Source: Leucoraja erinacea (taxonomy: Eukaryota). Taken from it: a stretch of 64,000 nt of DNA. Numbering within the stretch: the stretch's first letter is position 1; every line of letters begins with the position of its first letter. This document shows positions 28,701 to 40,783 of this stretch, in pieces. The notes below the pieces were generated by a model. It saw only the letters and a list, made by a program, of their open reading frames with translations, was not told the origin of the DNA and searched no databases. Both the position numbers and the translations under genes were made by a program. The stretch lies in the NCBI RefSeq assembly GCF_028641065.1, contig NC_073400.1, positions 20,212,001 through 20,276,000 on the forward strand. The letters run 5' to 3'.

Positions 28701-31700
28701 CGAGAGCAGAAAGGAAATGGATTCAAGATGGCAGGGTGGATGGGGGCTATCGCAGGAACAGTGGGGGAGGGAAAACAATTAAAGGAAGAAGTGTCAAAGG
28801 GATAACAAATAAAAGGGGCGGTAGAAGTGGGTCAACGTGTATAGATCTTCAGGCGGTTGACGAGGAGAGGGTGGACACAAAATGCTGGAGAAACTCAGTG
28901 GGTGAGGCAGCATCTATGGAGAGAAGGAATGGGTGAAGTTTCGGGTCGAGACCCTTCAGGCTGAACAGGGTGGGGGGTGTGTGACAGGTGGGAGAAGATC
29001 AAAGGTTATGGCAGGGGAAGCCTTGGACCAAGGTTTCTTCTTGGTTTCTTGGTCCTCCAAAATATTCCAAATGGAATTTAAACTGAATGTGGTGGAAGTG
29101 GTGTTGATCAAGCATTAATGTCGGAGTTCACTTGCGTTGTGATATCAACAGAGGGTGGAGAGAAAAGGCAGAGGGGCAGTGAGGGACCTTGGCCTGGTAG
29201 GCAGTGGCAGAGTGTTGGGATTGAGGGTGGAGGAGGGCAAGACAGTGAATGAGGGTTGAACTCACCTGGCGACTTCCACCTGCTGTTTGACACTCCGTCA
29301 CAACTACTCTCTTTCTCCCTCCCACTTTCTCATTAAGGTGCTCTCGATGATTTTGACAAACCCAATCCAGCTACACAGCCGACTCCACCAACCCTAGCAG
29401 CGCCCCCAAAGTCCCCACGGGGGGCAACTACGGTAAGTGTAAAACCCAAAGATGAATATTGACCTGATTTCACACAATACTGCAGATGCTGGAATGTTAA
29501 ATCAAAACACTAAGTGCTGGAGGAACTCAGCAGGTCGGGCAGTTTCTGGGGAGGGAATGGACAGGCAAAGTTTTGGGTCACCACCTTTCTTTAGACAACA
29601 AATGAAGCTCCCTCGACACTGTCCCATCACACACTACCAGGGCACAGGTTAGACACAAAGTGAAGCTCCCTCTGTGTTGTCAAGACACTGTTGGGCCGGT
29701 TAACATCCAAAACACTAAATTCTGGAGAAACTCAGCAGATGAGACAGAATCTGGGAAGGGAATGGACAAATGACTTTTCGGGTCAGGACACTTCAGTCTG
29801 AAGGAGCTTCACTTTGTGTCTAACCTGATCCCTGGGAATGTGTGATGGGGCGTTGTCGAGGGAGCTTCCTGCTGTATCTAACCACTACCCTGGGAGTGTG
29901 AAATCACCTTCTCTCCTGTGTACCAGGAGCCTCTCTTCTCAGCGCAGGATCGCTTTTTCCAAGAGCTCTTTGACTCGGAACTAGCAGCTCAGGCCTCGGA
30001 AGAGTTTGACAACGCGATGAGGGAGTTGGCAGGCCAGGAGCCACAGCTGGTCGAACAGTTCCACAAGCTGTCTGAGGTCGCAGGCAGGGTCGGTGAGTCT
30101 TGTTTGCTCTGACGTGACCCTGGACGGAGAGAGCTCAGAGGCTGCGGTAAATGTCACACTGACTGCCCCCCACCAGGTTCGGTGCCACAGTCATTATAAA
30201 ACAGGCAATGTATATATAGCAGGGAAGTTGATTGCATGCAGTAAATGATCATGCCTTATGCTGCACTCCCTCAATAGCAAGAATTCCCTTCCTCAAATTA
30301 GGAGAGCAAAACCCCACACAATACTCCAGGTATGGTCTCACCAGGGCCCTGTACAACTGCAGAAGGACCTCTTTGCTCCTATACTCATCTCCTCTCGTTA
30401 TGTAGGCCAACATGCCATTAGCTTTCTTCATTGCCTGTTGTACCTGCATGCTTACTTTCAGTGACTGATGTACAAGGACACCCAGGTCTCGTTGTACTTC
30501 CCCTTTTCCTAACCTGACACCATTCAGATAATAATCTGCCTTCCCATTCTTGCCACCAAAGTGTATAACCTCACATTTATCCTGTTTATACTGCATCTTC
30601 CACCTTCCACCTTGGCCATTCCCTTTCTCTATTCCACCTTCTGGAAGAAGATACAGAAGCTTAATGCTCTGGAAGTCCAGACATATCAGCTTCTTGCCTA
30701 TTGCTATCAGACCCTTGAACTTATGACTGCTTGCGCACCTCTTTCCCTGAGGTGCTGCACACTGTATTGTATGTTCTGGTTGCCCCATTACAGGAAGGAT
30801 GTAGATGCTTTGGAGAGGGTGTAGAAGATGTTTATCAGGATGATACCTGGATTAGAGGATATTTGCTATAAGGTAAGGTTGGCAGTTGAGGGAAAACCTG
30901 ATAGAAGTTTATAAAGTTATGAGCAGTATAGATAGCATAGACAGTCAGAATCTATTTTTTCCCAGAGTGGAGTTTTAAGGTGAGAGAGGGAGAGTTTCAA
31001 AGAGATGCGTGGGGTAAGCTCTTTACACAGAAAGTGACACGCTGCCAGGGGTGGTGGCGAATGGAAGATACAATAGTGGCGTTCAAGAGGAATTTAGATA
31101 AACACATGAATATGCAGAAGTTTTGAGGCTTTCAATGGTGAAGAGGCCAGTGCACATGCTGGACCATTCACTGCAGCCAATTATCCATGTGTTTTTTAAT
31201 TTACTATACCAGCCCTTGATGCAACCAGTCAGGATACTTTCTACAGTACATCGGTACAGGTTTACAGCATAGTCTGTAATCTGCCGAATCTTTTTAAACT
31301 TCTAAGAAAATAGAGTCGCTGGAATTGTTGATGTTTTGGGTCGAGGCCCTGCGTCAGGACAATTCCTTTCCCTCCACATATTCTGCTTCTCCCACTAATT
31401 TCCTCCAGCAGCTTTTTATCTTGCTCCAAATTCCAGGGTCTGCAGTCTTTTGTGTTCCCACACCAAATTTTCCCATAAAGACCCATCCCCTATCTCCCAG
31501 TACCTCTGCCCTTATAGATTTGTCGTGGGGGTGATGCTTTCCACACTAGCGCTTCCTCTTTGCTTTGCAGCTCCTCTCCATCACAGCCGACAGGGTCTTC
31601 TGCCATGTCTCCTCTATTTCCTGCAATTCTACTTCCACCCAGAGCAAGAATATGACTTCACGTCCCATCTCATCAGCCTCTATATTCAATACATTGCCCT

Positions 31701-34700
31701 TTGTAATTCCTGCCAGCTTGGATAAGATTCCACCACTGTCCCCTCCTCTCTTGTTTCAACACTCCCAAAGGCCTGGATAACCTATCCACTTTATCCACTG
31801 GATAACTGTTCCATCTCCACCAATCACACCCCTTCTCACGGTGCTCTGCCATGCTGCTACAGCTCTTCCCATCCCAGGCTCCTTCAACTCTTCCCATCCC
31901 AATCTGGGTACCCAAACACTTCCTGCCAGGTGAAGCAGCAATTTGCTTGTGCATTCTTCAATCTAATGTACTGTATCCTGTGTTCACAATGTGAGTTTCC
32001 CTGCCCCAGACAAATATAGAGATTGGGTGACAGCTTTGCAGAGCGTCTGTGTTCAGTCCACAGGGCCATCCCTGTGCTTCCAGTTGCCTGTCACATGGAT
32101 TTTTCTTCCCACCCTCGCCGTGACACTTCCTATCAATTCCTGTGAGGCTCAACACAAGCTCAAGGAATACCAGGTCATTTCATGTTATTTCATTCAGAGC
32201 TCAGCATTGAATTCGACAATTTCTGATAAGCACCCAGTTTCTGGCTGGTTCCGATGAAGTTCCAATGTTAATTCTAACTTGACCTGCTGGGTATGTCCAG
32301 TTACTTCAGTGTTCTCTGTCTCTCAGCTCAGTCATTGCTTTCCATGCCCTCTGCCTTATTCCCTCCCTCTATATACAGTATCAATTTGATACTGATCGGC
32401 TGTGATTAGCAGGCCTTCCCCACCCCTCTCTTCCCCAGCACGACTTGTGTCACTCTGTCTCTGGTGGTCGTCACCCTGTCACAGAAGTTTCCCTTCTCTC
32501 CCTCATCCCTCCAATTTCAAACACAGGTCATCTTCCAACTTTTCCAATTGCCATGAAAGGTCTTTGCCTGAAATGTTTCTCATGGGCAGCACAGAACCAG
32601 GTCCTATGGCCCATCAAGTCCGTGCTCATTATTAATTGTCTAATGTATATCAATGGATGTGTATGGGCTGAAAGGCTTATTTTTGTGCTTTGTAACTCTT
32701 GCCCATCTGTATTAATCCTATTTACCAGCTCTTGGTGCATAGTCGTCATTCCCTGGTAATTCAAGTACTTGTTTAGATGTTTATTAGAGCATTAGGGCAG
32801 TGCTTTCCAGATGCCAACCACCCTCTGCGGGGAAAATATCCGCCTTAGATCTCCGTTAAACCATTGCCCACTTGTCAAGTCGAGTAAGTAACTGTCAAAG
32901 TCCTCCCTCTCGCACACCGCTAGAAGTTCCATAAAAGTATTCAGCGACTAGCCATATCTCCTCGCTCTGCAGAGGGATAGAAAGTTGATGAGCTTTCTTG
33001 CATCAATGTGCTGTGCCCACGACAGTGCTTCACAGATGTGCATGCCCAAGAATTTAATCTGCTCACTCTTGACCTGTGGATGAAGACAGGTTCATGGATC
33101 CTTGGTTTTTCCTTCCTGACATCACACTATGATTACTCCCCATGCTCTGCCCTACTCTACCCCATCTGTGGTTTGATGATTTTACTTCCATTATCTTTGA
33201 TCTTTTCTGACATGACAGGAAGTGATCCAGATTCGCAGCAAGAATTTACTTCCTGCTTACAGCAAACATTGACGGGATTGGCTAAGAATGCAAGTGACTT
33301 ACAGGTAACTTACTGTCAAATTATCCTCTCCTTGACACTTTGCTACCTTGTGAGGTAACTGACCTGGCATAACCTATGTGCATGTGTTTTTTTTCTCTCT
33401 CTCTCTCACTCTCACTCTCTCTCTCGCTCTATATCTCTCTCTTTCACCTTGTGCTGCTCTGTAACTATCTGACTTTGCACCCCTTTGTGATTCTGGCATC
33501 TCTGTAATTCTCTCTCTGACCTGTGTGCGTGTGTCTATTTCTCTCTGTGACCTCGTATCCCTCCGTACGTCTATCTGATGTTGTTCCCCTTTGTGACTCT
33601 CTTGCAATTGTTATTTTCTCTGTATCCCTTGTCGCATGCCCACTGTAATTCTCTGAACCCATTTACTGTTATGTCTCTCCCCTTCCTGCTCCCACCCCAA
33701 CTTTGCGTACACACCCTAACTCCCTGTGTGTGCCTCTGCAGCAGAGTCCGGATATGTCTGAGGAGGAGCTGAGTCAGGCCATGGACGGGCTGGGCCTGGG
33801 ACCGAGCGGGGTGCCGGGAGAGACGGAGGCAGGCCTCGCCCCCATCATGCAGGACATTGTGCAAAGCCTGCTGTCCAAGGAGGTGCTCTACCCGTCCGTG
33901 AAGGAAATTGTGGACAAGGTAGGTGATGGGCCAAGGCTTGGGGGTCATCGGGGGGGGAGCAGGCACCTGAGCACAGAAGATCCCACTATAAGATGACACG
34001 GTTCTGCTTCTGTCCATCCATCCATGACGCTCCGTCTGCTAATTCCAACAATCACACCACCCTGCTTGTTCTGCTATGGTAGAGAGTTTGCATGGCAGCA
34101 ATGAGCCTACTGACTTCCACTGCTATAACTGTTCCATGATACTATCATTAGCGTCCACGATATCGAGGTGTAGCATCCCCAGGGCACAGTACAGTTGGAG
34201 CAGGGTGCCGTCTATACTCAGATCCTTTTGTGGAAAAGGCCAATGTACCTTTTGCTGTGCATTGTACTTGCTCATAGCCATTCCGCCAGGTGTGCACAGG
34301 GTCACCCGGATCTTTCCATTTACCCGGCACCTTGCAGCCTCGTACTTCTTGGAAAACACTACACCTTTGTAACTTATTTCCCACTAAGGTAGTTGATAAA
34401 TGTTTCCACAATATGACTATGGGAAATAGGAGCAGAATTAGGCCATTGAGCCTATTGAGTCTACCACGCCATTCAATCATGGCTAATCTATTTTACCCTC
34501 TCAACCTCATTCTCCTGCTTTCTCCTCGTAACCTTTGATGCCCTTATGAATCAAGAACTCGTCTGTCTCCGCTTTAAAAATACCCAGTCCTGGCCTCCAC
34601 CGCCAGACTCACCACCCCCTGGCTAAAAAACAAATCCTCATCTCCATTCTGAGTTTTAGACTCCCACTCCAGGAAACATCCTTTCCATGTCCACTCTATC

Positions 34701-37700
34701 TAGACCTTTTCATTATCCAGTAGGATTCAATGAGACCCGCCCTCATCCTTCTAAATTCTAGCTTCTTAAAAGGTCACTACTGATACCGCGATAATCTCAG
34801 CAGCTACCTCTTTCAGAACCCTAAGGTATCTTCCATCTGGTCTAGATGACATCCACCTTTAGACCTTTCAGCTTTCCAAGCACCTTCTCCTCAGTAATAA
34901 CGATGGCATTCACTTTTGCCCCTGACTCTCTTGAATTTCTGGCACATTGCTGGTGTCTTCCACTGTGAAGACTGACGCAAAAAATGTATTCAGTTTATCC
35001 GCCATTTGTTTGTTCCCCGTTACTACTTCTACAGTGTCATTTCCCAGTGGTCCAATGTCCACTTTTGCCTCTTTTACTTTTTATATATATGAAAAATATT
35101 TTATTTTCCTCTTTTGCATTATTGGCCAGCTTATCTTCATATTTCATTTTTTCCCCTCCTTAAGAGTAATGCTAATACATCTGATTTCAGCTCCTCGCTC
35201 TTGAACTGAGGGTTGAATTGTTATGATCATTGGCTCCTAAGATTCACCTTAAGATTCCTAATCAAGTCTGGTTCATTGTACAGTGTACACAAAATTGCTG
35301 GAGAAACTCAGCGGGTGCAGCAGCATCTATGGAGCAAAGCTCCATAGATGCTGCTGCACCTGCTGAGTTTCTCCAGCAATTTTGTGTACCTTCGATTTTC
35401 CAGCATCTGCAGTTCCTTCTTGAACACTGGTTCATTGTACAATTGCCTTTTCCTTAGTGAACTCAACCATGAGTTGCTCTAAGAAGCCATTTCATTGGCA
35501 TTCTACAAATTCCTCATGGCATCTGGTACCAACCTGATTTTCCCAGCCTACTTGCATATTGAAATCCCCCATGGCTATTGTAAACATTGTCTTTCCTACA
35601 TGCATTTTTAATTTCCTGGTGTAATTTGAGCTCTACATGCTGACTTCTATTCTGAGACCTGTATTTGACCCAACAGGATCTTTTTACTCTTGCAGTTCCT
35701 TGGCTTTTCCCGCTAGGATTCTACATCTTCTGATCCTATGTCGATTCTTGCTTAGGATTGGATTTCATTCCTTACCAACAGTGCCAGCCCACCCCCTCTG
35801 CCCACCTACCTGTCTCCGTGGATATTCAGTTCCCAGCTTTTATCCTCTTTCAGCCACAACTTTGTGAAGCCCATCACTTTGTACCTGCCAATTTCTACCT
35901 CCTATGAGTTCATTCACCTTGTTTCGTATACTGCCTCCATTCAGATGTAACAAATTCAGTTTTGGGAACATTAGGACAATTTTGTAGTCCGACTTTTGTG
36001 TGCAGGAAAACAGATAGCCAAGGTTTCAGGTTGGAACCTTTCTTCAGCTTGAAGCGTTGTCTGGATTCAGCATGGTAGATTTGTGAAGAGACGTTTAGTG
36101 GGTCGGACCACTATTCAGAATTTAGAAAATGAAAGGTGATCTTAAATGGGCAAGATTTGGAGGTGGGGTGGTGGGGACTGACAGGTTGGATGCTGGGAGG
36201 AGGTTTACCCGAAGTGATGGTATCTACAGCTGGGGAAGGGAGGGGGCATTGACTCAGAAGGCTGGCCTACTTCAGACGGGTGGAATCTCTGGAATTCACT
36301 GTGCCAGAGAGCTGTGGAGTCACTGAGTGAGTGCATTCTAGCCGAACAATGAACAAGATGGGAATGTGGATAAAGCTGGGTTGTGGATCTGAGGCCAAAA
36401 TTTGGATCAGCCATGCTGGTGCTGGGGGAGACTAGAGGGGCCGATTGGCCTGCTTTTATTTCTCACACAATTACTTTGGACTGTGTCATTCTCCTAAACC
36501 CCTGACCCTTGCAATGCGCTGCCTCTCTTCCAGTACCCCGATTGGCTGGAGGCACATCGCAACTCACTGCCAGCAGAGGAGCTACGGAGGTACGAGCAGC
36601 AGCACCGGCTGATGGAAAGGATTTGCACGGAGTTCGAGGCAGAGACGGACGGGGAGCCGGAAGGCAGGCGGAGCGCCCGCTTTGAGACCATCCTAGACCT
36701 CATGCAGCAGGTGAGTAGGGTAGGGGAGGACTCTGCCCAACCGGACACACACACCAGATGGCTAGTGGCATTCCCATCGCCCAGTCCCTCACCAGCAAAA
36801 TCGGGGCACCACTAACTAGAAACTCTACTGGACCGGACACAGATCAGAGCTTGGGTCTCCTGTTGGGTTGATTCTTTTCCTGACACCATCTACAGGGCAT
36901 GTCAGTAGTATGACAAAACATTCTCCACTCTCCCCTGGGAGAGAATGGCTTCAAAAAACTCTCGAATAGCTCGTCAACAACCGGAACAAAACAGCTGCTT
37001 AATCGGCTCCATATGCACCTCTCGAACGCTGCCTCCAGCTCTTGAAACTCTGCCTGAACCTCTGCTGTGCTGAACATGCCCTCCCTCTACCACAGTAGCT
37101 GCACTGTTTACCATTTACAAAATGCACTGCAAATACTCATCCAGATGGCTCCATCCACCACTAAAGACGAGATGGGCAGCGGGTGCAGGGCAACTGCCTG
37201 CACGTTCTTCTCCATATCCCACATCCTGACTGGGAAAAATCACTGCTTCTTCATAATCACTCTGTAATTTGTGGAACACCCTGCCCCCCACAGAACTGTG
37301 GGAGAAATTTTACAGAGGGACTGCAGTGGGTCACAATGCAAGCTCCTATTCGCCCCAACCCCCACAACGGAACAATCAATGTTGGCATTGACAGCAATGT
37401 CCAAATTCTGAGAAATAAATAAATTATCCACCATCCCACCCTGCAACGTTCTAAGGATTCAGCACTCGGATCCAGCACAACCAGAACTGCTTCCTGCAGT
37501 TGAGCAGTGCAGAGATGAAACAGTGGTTTGAGTATGGGCTGGCGAAAGCTGACATATTTGGAACGCTGGTAAAGGGTTGATCTGAACGGAGGAAGGGGAG
37601 GACAATAGACAAAAGGTCCAGGAGTAGGCCATTCGGCCCCGAGCCAGCACCGCCATTCACTGTGATCATGGCTGATCATCCACAATCAGTACCCCGTTCC

Positions 37701-40700
37701 TGCCTTCTCGCCATATCCCCTGACTCCGCTATCTTTAAGAGCTCTATCTAACTCTCTCTTGAAAGCATCCAGAGAATTGGCCTCCACTGTCTTCCGAGGC
37801 AGAGAAATCCCACAGATTCACAACTCTCTGGGTAAAAAAGTTTTTCCTCATCTCCGTTCTAAATGGCCTACCCCTTATTCTTAAACTGGATCTGGACTCC
37901 CCCAACATCGGGAACATATTTCCTGCCTCTGGCGTGTCCAATCCCTTAATAATCTTATATGTTTCAATAAGATCCCCTCTCATCGTTCTAAATTCCGGAG
38001 TATTCAAGCCCATCCGCTCAATTCTATCAACATTTGACAGTCCCACCATCCCGGGAATTAACCTTGTGAACCTACGCTGCACTCCCTCAATAGCAAGAGT
38101 GTAGAGGCTGGAAAATCTGAACTGGTCTCCGAATGAAATATTTTCGCTTGAGCCCCCTCCCATTCTGTGTGGTTAAACCAATTAAATCCTTGCCCCTTTG
38201 CTCACGGCGCAGTCCACTTGTGGAACACCACCTCCCTCTCCATCTCTTCCCACTGCCCTCAATTCCCACTGGATCACACTTTGATGCATTAAACTGCACT
38301 TGCCATATGCCTGCCCAGCTGACTAGCCCACTGTGGATTGTTAGCCTCAAAAAATAAAAGTGAAGAGAGTGCAGGGATTTGGTGCCCTCCTCAACTTGAC
38401 ATTGGATGCTTGGGATGGAGCTGACAACTTTATTTCAACTGAAATGGGGAAAAGCTGCAGAGGGATAGTCCCCGGATAATCTTCCATCACTCTCTCCTCC
38501 CATTTGCTCCTGCCACGTTTTGGATGTGTGAGCCTTTATAACCCTCTCTATCTCTGTAAGCCTCTTCAGCCTGAATGCTCGTCCCATTCTCCATAAGCCC
38601 AACCACCCTTCCCTTTCTTTGCACCCCCTGCAGCCCCTATGCCCTTCCCTACCTCTAAGTCCCATCTACTTGCTGATTGATGTATCCCACCGGCACGGTG
38701 GCGCAGCGGTAGAGCTGCTGCCTTACAGCGCCAGAGACCCGGGTTCGATCCCCACCACGGGTGCTGTCTGCACGGAATTTGTACGTTCTCCCCGTAACCT
38801 CTGTGGATCTTCTCTGAGATCTTCCATTTCCTCTTACATTATAAACATACAGGTTTGTAGGTTAATTGGCTTGGAGTAAAATGTAATTTGTTCCCAGTGT
38901 GTGTAGGATAGGTTTAATGTGCGTGGATCAATGGTTGTCACGGACTCGGTGGGCCGAAGGGCCTGTTTCCACACTGTATCTCAAAACTAAACTAAAATCA
39001 TTCCTCAATTCCACCGATGTGCACCCCTGCACTGGCAGCCATGCTGCCCAATAACTGAAATTTGCTGCCCCCCACACAAACGTCCACACCCCTGCCCTTC
39101 TTGTATATGTCCGTCCCTGCCTCGGACCCTCGAGGAGGCCGCTACCAGTCATGGCCCCCGAGACCTCCATCTGGACTGAGGGAATCGACACAGCATTGTA
39201 ACTAACTGAACTGAATATCAGCAAAACAGGCAACTGAAATATAACTGCTCTCTTGTGTCTCTCCATTTCTCCCACTCTCCCAACCTTCTATCCTCTCCAT
39301 CCTTCTATCCTCTCCATTCTATGTTCCTGCACTCTGCACTCATCCTACCCCACTCTGCTTATTTCTGCCCTTTCTTCCTCTGCAATTGTTTCCCCATTCC
39401 TTATTTGTTTGCTCTTCCTCTCACCCCCCCCTTCCCGGCAATCCTCACCCTCTCTCTCTTACCCCTCACCTTTACCCCCTCATTGGGTTTACAGCTGCAG
39501 GATCTTGGAGTGCCTCCCAAGGAGCTGGCTGAAACGGTGAGTGCAAAACCCACACTTGTCCGACCATTTAGATGTACCGGCAATTAAAATACCCTCACAC
39601 ACTTCGCTGGCGAAAATTGTAGGGGAAGTCAAACCCTTGCCCTGGAAGGGTATGACAGGATAGTGTAGGGAGTATCACATCTGCCTTACCCTATGCTCTG
39701 GGGCTATGTGTGTGTTAGAAGGAGTTCACTCCATGCCTAGGCTATGCTCCAGAAGAGTATGAGGGACAGTGTAGAGGGATTGTCACTATCTGACCCTATG
39801 CTCTGGGAGCGTGTGACAGGACAGTGCAGAGGGAGCTTCATTTTGTTTTTCTCGTTCCAAGGATTTTATTCAATAATTGCTTATTACAGTGTTCTAGAAG
39901 GCACAAAAACATTCAATAGTCACATTGCATCAGGCAATCATTATAATACAACAGTGGCATCCTTATCTCGAACACCCCCCCCACGGCGGACAGCGTTCAC
40001 GGAAGGCCTCCAGAGTCCCTGTGGACACCGCGTGTTCCCTCTCCATGGACACGCCAGCATGGACATAGGCCCGCCAGTCAACTCTGGTGTGACCATCAAC
40101 TACCTGCTGCCTGGACCTGCGAATGGTCATTTGGCCAGGCCCAGGAGCAGACCGACAAGGAGATCCCCACCCTCCCGATTGACCTTCCCCACTCCCTGCC
40201 TTGTGCCCAAATACCAAAATCGTGGGACTAAAATGCAATCAAACCTTGAGGAGTAGCCCCTTCAGATATTCGTACAGGAGCCGCTACCTCACACTCCATA
40301 TACACGTGGAACACGGTCTCTTTCTCGCCGCAGAAGTTACAAGCGCTGCCGAGTCTGAACTGACAAATATCTGTTACACATAGAAACATAGAAAATAGGT
40401 ACAGGAGTCGGCCATTCGGCCCTTCGAGCCTGCACCGCCATTCAATATGATCATGGCTGATCATCCAACTCAGTATCCTGTACCTGCCTTCTCTACATAC
40501 CCCTTGATACCTTTAGCCACGAGGGCCACATCTAACTCCCTCTTACATATAGCCAATGAACTTGCCTCAACTACCTTCTGTGGCAGAGAATTCCAGAGAT
40601 TCACCACTCTGTGTGAAAAATGTTTTTCTCATCTCGGGGAGGCTCAGGAGTGAGCGTGGGCTCGTCTGCTGCAGGAAGACTCGCCCAAAGGTGTTTGTTA

Positions 40701-40740
40701 TTTTTTGCTTTCTTCCCCATCTGCGTCTGCCACCCCAACC

Positions 40741-40783
<43 letters not shown>

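Noticed and set aside
38699-38770. tRNA-like sequence with box A and box B
   Set aside because: It is the head of a SINE present in at least six copies and continues into the SINE body; not called as a tRNA gene.
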